A stretch of DNA of 64,000 nt from Candidatus Parcubacteria bacterium (GCA_963814275.1 CAWFCE010000002.1:234537-298536), one strand, 5' to 3'. Positions 45,603 through 55,292 are shown, counted from the stretch's first letter. Translations and numbers: made by a program. Notes: generated by a model from the letters alone, not told the origin.

Positions 45603-46292
45603 ATGAATCCCACTAAACCTAGTTTAAAAACCGAAGCAGTTTCGATCCTTTTTGTCGTGAGCGCGATCGTCTTGTCATTCTATTTTTTCCGGGTGTTTCC
45701 GGAAAAAGTTCCCACCCATTGGAATTTCGCCGGTGAAGTCGATCAATACAGTTCACGCGCGTTCGGAGCTTTCTTGTTGCCGGCAATGCTGGTTGGAATT
45801 TACGCCCTATTTTATTTCCTTCCCTATCTTGATCCGAAAAAAGAGCGTTATGCGCAGTTTAGTAAAGTTTATCATTTTTTCAAAACTTTCATTATTTTTT
45901 TCATGTTTGTGATATATCTGCTTACCGGCCTGGCCGCTTTGGGATACAAGATTTCGATCGGAACCTGGGTGCCTGCCCTGGTTGGAGTGTTGTTCGTTTT
46001 TATGGGCAATTATTTCGGCAAGATAAAGCCCAACTGGTTCATGGGCATTCGCACGCCCTGGACGCTTTCGAGCGAAGATGTCTGGAATAAAACACATCGC
46101 CTGGGCGGCAAATTGTTCATCCTGGCGGGAATCATAATGGTCATTATACCTTTTTTGCCGGCAAGCTGGGCATCGGGGCTTCTGATCGGTGTCGTGGCTA
46201 TTGCCGCACTGGTGCCGATGATTTATTCATATCTCCTTTATAGCAAGGAACAAAAGCAAAAAACGCATGAAACGCATAACCAGCAGCAGTAA
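45603..46292 (+). CDS. SdpI/YhfL family membrane protein (DUF1648 + SdpI domain)
   Basis: FPEKVPTHWNFAGEVDQYSSR (DUF1648-like) and GNYFGKIKPNWFMGIRTPWTLSSEDVWNKTHR (SdpI motif). Confidence 0.75.
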   Translation: MNPTKPSLKTEAVSILFVVSAIVLSFYFFRVFPEKVPTHWNFAGEVDQYSSRAFGAFLLPAMLVGIYALFYFLPYLDPKKERYAQFSKVYHFFKTFIIFFMFVIYLLTGLAALGYKISIGTWVPALVGVLFVFMGNYFGKIKPNWFMGIRTPWTLSSEDVWNKTHRLGGKLFILAGIIMVIIPFLPASWASGLLIGVVAIAALVPMIYSYLLYSKEQKQKTHETHNQQQ

Positions 46293-47058
46293 TCCGTTGG
46301 TCAAGGACATTATCCGTTTGCGCAAAAGTACGGTGCGCCGTGACCAGGGGGTGATTTTAATCGAGGGATATAAGGAAATCGCTTTGGCGGCCAAAAGCGG
46401 TATCGAGCTTGCGACTTTGGTCTATTGTCCCGATTGCGCGGCCACCGCGCTGTCGCCTGATACCATTCCGGTGCGCCAGACCGTACATACCGACTCGGTG
46501 GTATTCGGCAAGATAAGCTATCGGGAAAATCCGGATGGGTTTTTGGCATTGGCCAAACGGCCGCGGCCAGAACTAAAAGGCCTGAAGCTGGGAGTCTCGC
46601 CGCTTATCGTCCTGGTTGAGGCGGTGGAGAAGCCGGGTAATCTGGGTGCAATCATCAGGACCGCTGATGCCGCCGGTGTCGATGCGGTCATTGCCCTGGC
46701 CAGCCAAACCGATCTATACCATCCGAACGTGATCCGTTCCAGTATTGGCACGATTTTTTCCGTCCCGACCGTTGCTGTTGATAAGGCAGAGCTTATGCCC
46801 TGGCTGGATGAACATAAGTTCGCCACCATTGCAACCACGCCGGGCGCAAAAACACTTTATACCGATTTTGATTATAGGGTGCCTTGCGCGATTTTGGTCG
46901 GCGCCGAGCACAACGGCCTGAGCGGATTTTGGCTTCATGAGGCAGTCAAACAGGTGAAGATACCGATGTATGGGCAAGCCGATTCCCTGAATGCTTCTGT
47001 CAGCAGCGCCATCGTGCTTTATGAGGCTGTCCGGCAAAGGCGTTTGTTGGATAAATAA
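46267..47058 (+). CDS. TrmH/SpoU family RNA 2'-O-methyltransferase
   Basis: PGNLGAIIRTADAAGV, GAEHNGLS, SLNASVSSAIVLYE. Confidence 0.85.
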   Translation: MKRITSSSNPLVKDIIRLRKSTVRRDQGVILIEGYKEIALAAKSGIELATLVYCPDCAATALSPDTIPVRQTVHTDSVVFGKISYRENPDGFLALAKRPRPELKGLKLGVSPLIVLVEAVEKPGNLGAIIRTADAAGVDAVIALASQTDLYHPNVIRSSIGTIFSVPTVAVDKAELMPWLDEHKFATIATTPGAKTLYTDFDYRVPCAILVGAEHNGLSGFWLHEAVKQVKIPMYGQADSLNASVSSAIVLYEAVRQRRLLDK

Positions 47059-47110
47059 GCAAAAAATGTTATAATAAGCACTGATAGAAGAATTAGTAAC
47101 ATTTAGTTTT

Positions 47111-49537
47111 ATGTTTTGCTCCAGAATGCTACCGCCCCGGCAGTGCTTGGCAGTTGTAATAGCCGCTTTCATGGTTTGCAGCCAGGCGGTTTTTTTATTT
47201 CCCTTGAGCGCTTCGGCCCAAGCGACGGCAGACCCGGCAATCGGTAGCAACAATGCGATCGCCAAGTTTACGGACCATTATTTCCGTTCCCCCCTGGTAG
47301 GCAGCCATTTGAGCGGAAAAGTAGCTATTACGCTTGTGTTGCTGCCGGCTAAGGCCGATACGCAAAAGATAAGAATAATTCGCGAAGACGGTTCGGTGGT
47401 AAAAAATGATCTTGTCTTGTCCTATTCCGATTCCGCATATAGCGGAACCTGGGACGCGAGCCGGCAGAGTGCCGGGCCTTATTGCCTGGTATCGATTACG
47501 GATATTGCCGGTTATGATCCGTCCACTGTTAAGGTTTGTTTATATATCGATGAGGCCGCAAACGAAATTAACAGCGATTCGACGACACCTTCTCCGTCCG
47601 GCAGTGTCATAGCGGATGAAACGATAGCTACATCCGGGCTGGTTGAATTACCTCAACCAGAGAATACACTGTCTCTTATCGCAACCGGCAGTGAAGCGGA
47701 AATAATTACCGAAGAAATGGAAACAGCCGCCACGTCGAGCGTCCGGTCGGTGAAACTTATAGATATGCCGGAAATCAGCGGGAACGAGACGGTAATTTAC
47801 GCTGAATGCAACTTTACGCCCAGCCGGGTAACTTTTAGCGTACAGGGAGTGGCGACCGTCGAATATGCCGGCCGCACCCTGGGCGGCAACCGCTATTCAT
47901 TTACCTGGCCGCTTGGCGATTATTCCCATGGCCAATATATCATTACAGTAAAAGCGATAAGCGATCAGGAGATCCAGAGCGATCGGAAAACCGTACTTTT
48001 TGAGCCGTTAGCTAAAACAGAGCCGGACACGGAGGAAATGGCGGTAAATCCGCCGCTAATCATACCCCTGATCCAGGAGACCTATGTTTTGCCATTGATG
48101 GGGCAGGTTGAGATTAAGGCCAAAGTTGAAGAGCCGGTCGAAGAGATGATATTCCAGGTTCAAGGGGCGGGAATTACGAGAAAATATGCCGGTACGCTGG
48201 GTTATGCCGGCGCTTATTATTTTATCTGGCCGACTACCGAATTTCCCGACGGCGAGTATGTTTTGGAGGCGGCCGCTTTCATCCGGGGAAAGATCGTCGG
48301 GGAAAACAAACGGATCTTGACTATTCGCAACCAAGAACAGCATGATGAGGTTTTTGATCCAGCAGCCGACACGGAAAGTGTTAGTGTTTCGCCGGCGCAG
48401 GACGACTTTGACCAGGCTGCCTTGGCGGAATTGGCCGGTGACGGCGTATCGCCGGAGTGCATAGCGGCCGGTATCATGACGCTGACCCGCTGTCAGATGT
48501 ACACGGAATTGCCGCCGGAATGCCGCCGGCATGGACTCACTACCGAAGTTGAGTGCCATGAATATATACTTGATGAATTAATGCCGGCCATAGACTGTTC
48601 CGGCATTGATCAGGGAATATGCCGGAGTACGGTGGAAAAAAAATACATGTCGGCGATTACAGCCAAACAGGAGGTTTATGACCATTTGAAGGTGATAAAC
48701 GATAATTCGGCACGCAGCCTGGATGAATGGCAATCGCAGCCTGGCATGACGGAAATTCAGCCGGCCCTGGGTGACAGGAAAGTGAAATTACGCTTGTGCG
48801 CCGTTAATCCCGCGTTGATCATCCGGTCTGACGGGGCATTGGTACAGACCGCTCCCCGGGCCATGATTATCGATAATGACAGCGATGGCCTGGGAGATGA
48901 TACGGAAAGGAGGATCGGTACCGATCCCTACCTCGCCGATACCGATAATGACGGTTTTTCGGACGGGGAGGAAGCGGCTAATGGCTACGATCCGCTCGGA
49001 CCCGGTTTGCTCGAAACGGTCATCCTGGCTCCGGCCGAGCAGGCGATGATTACCGGCCAGTCTCTGGAACAGCCGATTGCCGGGGGACCTATCGGCCGAG
49101 AATTAGCGGTCGTTTCCTTGGAATCCGATGCTGGCGCCGCGGCAATTGCTTACCGGATCGCCGGGAGGGCCATGCCCGATACGGTCTTGAGCCTTTTTAT
49201 TTATTCGGATTTACCGCTGGTGATAATGCTCAAAGCCGACCATCAAGGCAATTGGCAATATGAATTGAGCTCTGCCCTGGCTGAAGGCGAGCACGAGGCA
49301 TACCTGGCCATAAACGACGCCACCGGCAAGCTCGTCAAAAAAAGCCAACCTTTTGGCTTTTTGGTAAAGGAGGCGCGGGCGGTAACGCTTGACGAATCGG
49401 CCGCACCGATCCCGGACAGCGCGGCTATACCGGCGCCACAGCGCATGATGCGTTTTTATATCCTCCTTGCCTCCGGCATTATCCTGGCCGGCATAATATT
49501 CTTTATCGGTTTTTATCTATTGCGCCATGAAGTTTAG
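47111..49537 (+). CDS. large surface protein with Ig-like repeats, Ca-binding TSP3-like repeats and C-terminal TM anchor
   Basis: Signal peptide ending SASAQA. Repeated YAG..G.YYF.WP...PDG.Y modules, DNDSDGLGDDTERRIGTDPYLADTDNDGFSDGEE, and terminal TM FYILLASGIILAGIIFFIGFYLL. Confidence 0.65.
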   Translation: MFCSRMLPPRQCLAVVIAAFMVCSQAVFLFPLSASAQATADPAIGSNNAIAKFTDHYFRSPLVGSHLSGKVAITLVLLPAKADTQKIRIIREDGSVVKNDLVLSYSDSAYSGTWDASRQSAGPYCLVSITDIAGYDPSTVKVCLYIDEAANEINSDSTTPSPSGSVIADETIATSGLVELPQPENTLSLIATGSEAEIITEEMETAATSSVRSVKLIDMPEISGNETVIYAECNFTPSRVTFSVQGVATVEYAGRTLGGNRYSFTWPLGDYSHGQYIITVKAISDQEIQSDRKTVLFEPLAKTEPDTEEMAVNPPLIIPLIQETYVLPLMGQVEIKAKVEEPVEEMIFQVQGAGITRKYAGTLGYAGAYYFIWPTTEFPDGEYVLEAAAFIRGKIVGENKRILTIRNQEQHDEVFDPAADTESVSVSPAQDDFDQAALAELAGDGVSPECIAAGIMTLTRCQMYTELPPECRRHGLTTEVECHEYILDELMPAIDCSGIDQGICRSTVEKKYMSAITAKQEVYDHLKVINDNSARSLDEWQSQPGMTEIQPALGDRKVKLRLCAVNPALIIRSDGALVQTAPRAMIIDNDSDGLGDDTERRIGTDPYLADTDNDGFSDGEEAANGYDPLGPGLLETVILAPAEQAMITGQSLEQPIAGGPIGRELAVVSLESDAGAAAIAYRIAGRAMPDTVLSLFIYSDLPLVIMLKADHQGNWQYELSSALAEGEHEAYLAINDATGKLVKKSQPFGFLVKEARAVTLDESAAPIPDSAAIPAPQRMMRFYILLASGIILAGIIFFIGFYLLRHEV

Positions 49538-50942
49538 TTCATTATTCGAAAAACACCGGGAATCCGCGCAATTGGCGTACGGTGTGGTTTTGATCATTAT
49601 TATTCCGCTCTTGATCGCGTTGAATACGCTTTTTATCATGAGCCAATACAACCATAGTATTGATGTCGTGCTGCAGCGCCAAGCGTTATCGGTGGGTCGA
49701 TCGATATCGACCCTGATGAGAGCCGATCTGCCCTGGGAAGATTTTCTTCAAGCCAAGCTAGGCACCCTTGCTTCGAGCAATCCGGAGCTGCTCGAGCTGT
49801 CGGTATTGAAGCCGGACGGTGATGATTTCAAAATCATCGCCTCGACCGAATCCGGTCGTATCGGCCAGACTACTACTTCTTATTTCTACAAGCTGGCCTG
49901 GGTACAGCCGGAAAACGACGGCTTGGCAACGGACTCGATGCATTTGACCGGACCGGAAACGGAATACGAAGATTTCAGCGAAGGGAAAATCGACCGATTC
50001 TGGCTGGTGGCCGTGCCCATGCGCGACGACAGCAACGAAAAGCAGGCGCTATTGGCGGTAAAACTGTCCTCCCAAATCGTCGATGAGCTGACCCGCTACA
50101 ACCGCAATGCCTCGATCTATCTGCTGGCCGGAACTGTCCTGGTGGTGATACTTTTCCTTTTGGTGGTGGTCCGTTTGTGGGATTATGCGGTCTTGTACAA
50201 AAAAACCAAAGAGATCGATAAACTGAAGGACGAATTCGTATCGATGGCCTCGCATGAGCTGCGGACCCCCATAACGGGAATATCCGGCTTTATCAGAATG
50301 CTATTAGCCGGGGATATGGGTGAACTTTCCGGCCAAGCGCGCCAGGCGCTCCAAATGACCTTATCCGCCAGCAAACGGCTGGCCAATCTGGTCGATGACC
50401 TGTTGGCGGTCGGCCGGATTGAACAAGGCCGCATGTCGTTGAAGACGTATCCGCAGGATCCTGATCCGATAATTCGCGGCACATTAAAAGAATTTTCGCT
50501 GCAAGCGGCGGAAAAAGGTTTGCATCTTGGCTACCACCCCCATTCCCCTGCTTCGCCGCATATCAATATCGACAGTGATCGTTTTAAGCAGGTATTGATC
50601 AATTTGATCGGGAACGCCATAAAATACACACCGCAAGGCGATGTCCAAATAGTTACGCGCAGCCGTTATGACGGCCGTGTTCTGGAAATAGTGGTCAAGG
50701 ACAGCGGTATCGGCATGTCTGCCGGCGACCGCGAACGTTTGTTTGAAAAATTTTACCGTATCCGCAATGGCGAAACGGCCAAGATAAGCGGCACCGGCCT
50801 GGGTCTCTGGATTACCAGGCAGTTAACGGAAATGATGCATGGAACGATTATGGTTGATTCGATCGAAAAGGTCGGCACCCAGATGACGCTGCAATTTCCG
50901 GTCGTAAATCGGGACGCAGAGAGCGCAGAGCGTAAATCGTAA
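49527..50942 (+). CDS. sensor histidine kinase
   Basis: H box SHELRTPITGI, N box NLIGNAIKYT, G boxes DSGIGM and GTGLGLWI. Overlaps the upstream gene by 11 nt. Confidence 0.85.
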   Translation: MKFSSLFEKHRESAQLAYGVVLIIIIPLLIALNTLFIMSQYNHSIDVVLQRQALSVGRSISTLMRADLPWEDFLQAKLGTLASSNPELLELSVLKPDGDDFKIIASTESGRIGQTTTSYFYKLAWVQPENDGLATDSMHLTGPETEYEDFSEGKIDRFWLVAVPMRDDSNEKQALLAVKLSSQIVDELTRYNRNASIYLLAGTVLVVILFLLVVVRLWDYAVLYKKTKEIDKLKDEFVSMASHELRTPITGISGFIRMLLAGDMGELSGQARQALQMTLSASKRLANLVDDLLAVGRIEQGRMSLKTYPQDPDPIIRGTLKEFSLQAAEKGLHLGYHPHSPASPHINIDSDRFKQVLINLIGNAIKYTPQGDVQIVTRSRYDGRVLEIVVKDSGIGMSAGDRERLFEKFYRIRNGETAKISGTGLGLWITRQLTEMMHGTIMVDSIEKVGTQMTLQFPVVNRDAESAERKS

Positions 50943-51069
50943 ATCGGGGAGGATAAAATATTGGTTGAAGATGGACATTATAAATTTGCTCTACGATTTA
51001 CGATTCACGAAATAAACTAACAAAAAGACCCGCCAGCGGGTCTCTTTTATGTTTATGGGCCTGGCATAG

Positions 51070-52158
51070 CTATAATTCCAGGTTGCTGTCTACCTTTAGG
51101 CCCTGCCAGGGGGTAAATTCTTTGCGGCAGGCCTTGAAATAGCCGGCGGCCGCGATCATGGCGGCATTGTCGGTCGTATAGCGGAGATCAGGGATCGTAA
51201 ATCGGAGAGCGGGGAGTTTATCTCTGAAAACATCGGCCATTTGCTGGCGTAATTTTTGGTTAGCGGCTACGCCGCCGGCGAGCATTACGGTTTTTACTTC
51301 GTATCTTTTTGCCGCTTTAATGGTTTTTTTAACCAAGACATCGATAATCGCCTGCTGGTATTCACGGGAATATTCCGTTATTTTATTTTTCCAATCATTG
51401 TCCTTTTTAAGTTTGTACAGTAAAGATGTTTTCAAACCGGAAAAGGAAAAATCAAAGTTCGGTGAATCCATCATTGGCCGCGGCAGAGTAATTCGGCATT
51501 CGTCATTCGTCATTCGACATTTCGCGGCTTCAGCCGCGATTGCCGGGCCGCCGGGATATCCCAAATTCATCAGTTTGGCGCCTTTGTCAAAAGCTTCACC
51601 GGCCGCGTCGTCCCGCGTTTCCCCGATCGTTTCGTATTGGCCGTGGCTTTTTATCAATACGAGCATGGTGTGACCGCCGGATACGGTCAAAACCAAAGCC
51701 GGGAATATTATCGGAGAAAGTGAATCGGGAATCGTAGATCCACTATTAATAAAATTGGCATAGATGTGGCCCTCTATGTGGTTTATGGATACCAGGGGCA
51801 CATTCCAGGCGAGCGAGAGGGTTTTGGCGGTTTCCACTCCGACCATCAGCGAGGTAATGAGGCCGGGTCCGGCGGTGACGGCAATGGCATCGATTGTTTT
51901 CGGTTCTCCCTTTTTCCGGCTGTTGTTTGAAAATGCATCAGCGTCAAGGCCGGCATCCTTGAGCGCCTGGTCAATAACCGGTATTATCTTCAGTACATGC
52001 TCGCGCGCGGCCACTTCCGGGACGACGCCGCCGTATTGTTTGTGGATCTGGATCTGCGATGCCACCACGTTGGATAAGATTTTTACGGTTTCACCGTTGC
52101 CCTCGGCAACGGATGCCGCGGTTTCGTCACAGCTGGTTTCGATTCCAAGTATTATCAT
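51070..52158 (-). CDS. tsaD: tRNA N6-adenosine threonylcarbamoyltransferase TsaD
   Basis: MIILGIETSCDETAAS, INHIEGH, SGGHT, FSFSGLKT. Confidence 0.93.
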   Translation of the reverse strand: MIILGIETSCDETAASVAEGNGETVKILSNVVASQIQIHKQYGGVVPEVAAREHVLKIIPVIDQALKDAGLDADAFSNNSRKKGEPKTIDAIAVTAGPGLITSLMVGVETAKTLSLAWNVPLVSINHIEGHIYANFINSGSTIPDSLSPIIFPALVLTVSGGHTMLVLIKSHGQYETIGETRDDAAGEAFDKGAKLMNLGYPGGPAIAAEAAKCRMTNDECRITLPRPMMDSPNFDFSFSGLKTSLLYKLKKDNDWKNKITEYSREYQQAIIDVLVKKTIKAAKRYEVKTVMLAGGVAANQKLRQQMADVFRDKLPALRFTIPDLRYTTDNAAMIAAAGYFKACRKEFTPWQGLKVDSNLEL

Positions 52159-52258
52159 ATAATATAAATATTTCGAAAATTAAAACGCTTAGTACCGAGA
52201 ATCATTACCTGAATTCCGAGTACTAAGCGTTTTAATTCTCCGTGCTGTTCGTTATACG

Positions 52259-52330
52259 TAGCCCCTAGGGGAATCGAACCCCTGTTTACAGGATGAAAAC
52301 CTGGTGTCCTAACCATTAGACGAAGGGGCC
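52259..52330 (-). tRNA. tRNA-Glu (anticodon TTC)
   Basis: Minus strand GGCCCCTTCGTCTAATGGTTAGGACACCAGGTTTTCATCCTGTAAACAGGGGTTCGATTCCCCTAGGGGCTA. Anticodon loop TTTTCAT. G1-U72 wobble. Confidence 0.9.
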
Positions 52331-52350
52331 GCGGTAATTTTTAATGATTT

Positions 52351-52429
52351 CCACTCGACTTTAGTCGAAGGTTCGTGCAGATTTATCTGCGTACAAATAA
52401 TTGTACCAGGCTAAAGCCTGGAAACCTTC
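52351..52429 (+). repeat. hairpin-module intergenic repeat, copy B
   Basis: CCACTCGACTTTAGTCGAAGG..ATTTATCTGCGTAC..CCAGGCTAAAGCCTGGAAACCTTC aligns with 26476-26550. Confidence 0.7.
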
Positions 52430-52506
52430 AGCTAAAGCTGAGTGGAAGCCTGGAAACCTTCAGCTAAAGCTGAGTGGAAGCCTGGAAACCTTCAGCTAAA
52501 GCTGAG
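52414..52506 (+). repeat. 32-bp tandem repeat, ~2.9 copies
   Basis: Unit AAGCCTGGAAACCTTCAGCTAAAGCTGAGTGG starts at 52414, 52446 and 52478. Each unit contains the hairpin TCAGCT-AA-AGCTGA. No spacers. Confidence 0.85.
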
Positions 52507-52651
52507 CAAAAGAATGCGGCAAAAATAAATAGTCCGCCAATGGACTAAGGTTAGTATAGGCAAATCCGGAAAAAAAGTCAAGTTTTTAGCTAATTTTAAT
52601 TGACTTTTGCTATAATATTATCTATTATAAAATTAAATTTATGATAAAATT

Positions 52652-53041
52652 ATGGCCAAATTTTTAATAGTATCCGGACCGGTAATAATCAGGAAAGGGC
52701 AAGTGTTATTGGATATATCCAGCGGCGATGCTTTCTGGAAGTTCTGCGGCGGCCAGTCGCGGGAAGAGGAAACACTGCGGGAAACCGCAATCAGGCGGGC
52801 CAAAGAGGAGTTGGGTATCGATATCAAAATAACCGATCCTGAGCCATACATAATATATATACCGAAACCAGGCGCGGAAAAAACTGATGTGCTGCTGGTC
52901 CATTGGCTGGCGGATTTCAATGGTGATATCAGTCCTGGTCCGGACGTGGAAAAATGGGAGTGGTTCGAAATCTCTGCTTTGCCGGAAAATATTGCGCCAA
53001 ACATAAAACCAACCTTGAAGCATTTCAACAGTCTTGACTAA
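52652..53041 (+). CDS. NUDIX hydrolase
   Basis: Nudix box GGQSREEETLRETAIRRAKEELGI. Confidence 0.75.
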   Translation: MAKFLIVSGPVIIRKGQVLLDISSGDAFWKFCGGQSREEETLRETAIRRAKEELGIDIKITDPEPYIIYIPKPGAEKTDVLLVHWLADFNGDISPGPDVEKWEWFEISALPENIAPNIKPTLKHFNSLD

Positions 53042-53128
53042 GAAAAGATGAACTTTTAAATTATATTTTGTTCCTGGTAAAAAATCAGGAATAAAAGTAT
53101 TACGGAAACAATCAATAAAGGAAATAGC

Positions 53129-53929
53129 ATGAAAATAACCAGAATATTGGAGTTCAAGAATCGCGCGGATTTTCTCTTGCGGGGCGTATTGACATTGCCT
53201 CCGGAATTAAATTCCGCTTCAGCGGTAATGATGGGTGGCTTTGAACGCTCTTGTACTACGGAAGTGAAATTCAAAAGGCTGGCTGACGCTTTGGCCGTGG
53301 CCGGCATACCTTCGCTTCGTTTCGATCATACCGGCGTTGGTTTGTCAGATGGTGATTTCTGCGACATCAGTGTCCGCAGTCTGACCAGTGATTTGGGCTG
53401 CGCCCTTAAGGCGATTAAGCATGAGCTGTCTAGCGACCGGGTGTCATTCGTTTCCCACAGCTTACCGCCCTGTATCATGGCGGATAAAACCATGCGCGAC
53501 CGCTTTGACAAAATCGTTATGATATCGCCAGCCTTAAACCAAAGGGCACTGCTGCGCTATTGGTACGTGAAGAATAGTTTCAAACCAGATCCACCGGTTA
53601 AAATTACCTGGGACAATTATCGTGAATATTTTGACGAGGAATCTTTTCAGGCCTATAGCCGGTTGGAACAAAAAATCACTAAAGCCCATTTAGTTGGCCC
53701 GCATTATTACCTTGAAAGCATGGACGTGGATTATGCCCCGTTAATACCGGATAGCCGCAACATTCTGCACATACATGGCGAGCTAGACGATACCGTGCCC
53801 TTGGCCAGCCTGACCAAGAAATTCTCTAACCGGATCATAGTTCCACGGGGAGACCACGACGTAGAACGGCCTGATTTTATCAGCTATTGGCTATCTCAAG
53901 CGGTTGATTTCGTAATCGAATACCAATAA
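53129..53929 (+). CDS. alpha/beta hydrolase fold protein
   Basis: 266 aa with nucleophile-elbow-like VSHSLPP and late HGELDDTVP / GDHD motifs. Confidence 0.6.
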   Translation: MKITRILEFKNRADFLLRGVLTLPPELNSASAVMMGGFERSCTTEVKFKRLADALAVAGIPSLRFDHTGVGLSDGDFCDISVRSLTSDLGCALKAIKHELSSDRVSFVSHSLPPCIMADKTMRDRFDKIVMISPALNQRALLRYWYVKNSFKPDPPVKITWDNYREYFDEESFQAYSRLEQKITKAHLVGPHYYLESMDVDYAPLIPDSRNILHIHGELDDTVPLASLTKKFSNRIIVPRGDHDVERPDFISYWLSQAVDFVIEYQ

Positions 53930-54047
53930 AGGGGAGCGCAGCCGCTTCCCCTTTTTCTTTTGACAAAGAAGCCCAAAATCAGCTAAAATAATAGAACAAC
54001 CAGAGTTTAGCTTAATGCTGTTATAATCATTAATTATTATACTTTAT

Positions 54048-55292
54048 ATGAATTATGAAAATTTAATCAAAGAGGATCCGGAAGTATATGATACGATCGA
54101 ACGGGAGGGGGTAAGGCAGACGGAAGAGATAGAGTTGATCGCGAGCGAGAATTATGTCAGTAAGGCGGTGCTCGAGGCTATGGCAACCGTTTTGACCAAT
54201 AAGTATTCCGAAGGATACCCCGGACACCGCTATTACGGGGGCAATGCGATAGTCGATGATGTAGAGACGATCGCGATCGAGCGGGCCAGAAGATTATTCG
54301 GCGCCGAGCACGTCAATGTCCAGCCGTTATCCGGATCGCCGGCGAACGCGGCAGTTTATTTTGCATTTATTAAGCCGGGCGATAAGGTTCTGGGGCTGAA
54401 GCTGGATCATGGCGGCCATCTTTCGCACGGCCATCCGGTGAATTTCTCCGGAATGCTGTATAATTTCGTCCAGTATGAGGTCGAATCCGAAACCGGCCGG
54501 ATCGATATGGATCGGGTCAGGGAAATCGCCCTAAAGGAAAAGCCGAAAATGATCGTCGCCGGTTACAGCGCCTATTCGCGGGAGATCGAGTGGCGGCGCT
54601 TCAAGGAAATCGCCGACGAGGTCGGAGCATATACATTTGCCGATATCGCCCATACCGCCGGACTGATCGCCGGCGGTGAAATGGACAGCCCGGTACCTTT
54701 TTTTGACGTCGTTACCACTACCACCCACAAAACCCTGCGCGGCCCGCGCGGCGCGATAATAATGTGTAAGGAGAAATTCGCCAAAATGGTGGACCGGGCG
54801 GTGTTTCCCGGAATGCAGGGCGGCCCGCACGACCATATTACCGCCGCCAAAGCAGTAGCATTCGGGGAAGCTTTGAAGCCTGAATTCAAGGATTACGCCA
54901 GGCAGGTGATCGCTAATTGCAAGACTTTGTCCGGGGAAATGACCGCTTTGGGATATCGGATAATCTCTGGCGGTACCGACAACCATCTGATCGTGGTTGA
55001 TCTGAGCAGCCAGGGACTGGTCGGCAAAGACGCCGAAACGGTTTTGGAGCGGGTGGGTATTTCTATTTCCCGTTCGACCATACCCAATGACCCTAATCCG
55101 CCCTATAATCCGTCCGGTATCCGCATCGGCACACCGGCCGTGACCACCAGGGGCATGAAAGAAGGAGAAATGAAGCAAATTGCCGTTTGGATCGACCGCG
55201 CCCTGAAAAATCGCGCAGATGAGACGGTTTTAAATACGATTAAAAACGAGGTCAAAGATTTGTGCCTTGGATTTTCAATACCGAGTAAATAA
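54048..55292 (+). CDS. glyA: serine hydroxymethyltransferase
   Basis: ELIASENY, YSEGYPGHRYYGG, PLP site TTTTHKTLRGPRG. Confidence 0.96.
   Translation: MNYENLIKEDPEVYDTIEREGVRQTEEIELIASENYVSKAVLEAMATVLTNKYSEGYPGHRYYGGNAIVDDVETIAIERARRLFGAEHVNVQPLSGSPANAAVYFAFIKPGDKVLGLKLDHGGHLSHGHPVNFSGMLYNFVQYEVESETGRIDMDRVREIALKEKPKMIVAGYSAYSREIEWRRFKEIADEVGAYTFADIAHTAGLIAGGEMDSPVPFFDVVTTTTHKTLRGPRGAIIMCKEKFAKMVDRAVFPGMQGGPHDHITAAKAVAFGEALKPEFKDYARQVIANCKTLSGEMTALGYRIISGGTDNHLIVVDLSSQGLVGKDAETVLERVGISISRSTIPNDPNPPYNPSGIRIGTPAVTTRGMKEGEMKQIAVWIDRALKNRADETVLNTIKNEVKDLCLGFSIPSK

Noticed and set aside
52414-52506. Considered whether the 32-bp tandem repeat is a CRISPR array.
   Set aside because: The units are contiguous with no spacers, there are only ~2.9 copies, and there are no cas genes. 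It is a simple tandem repeat.
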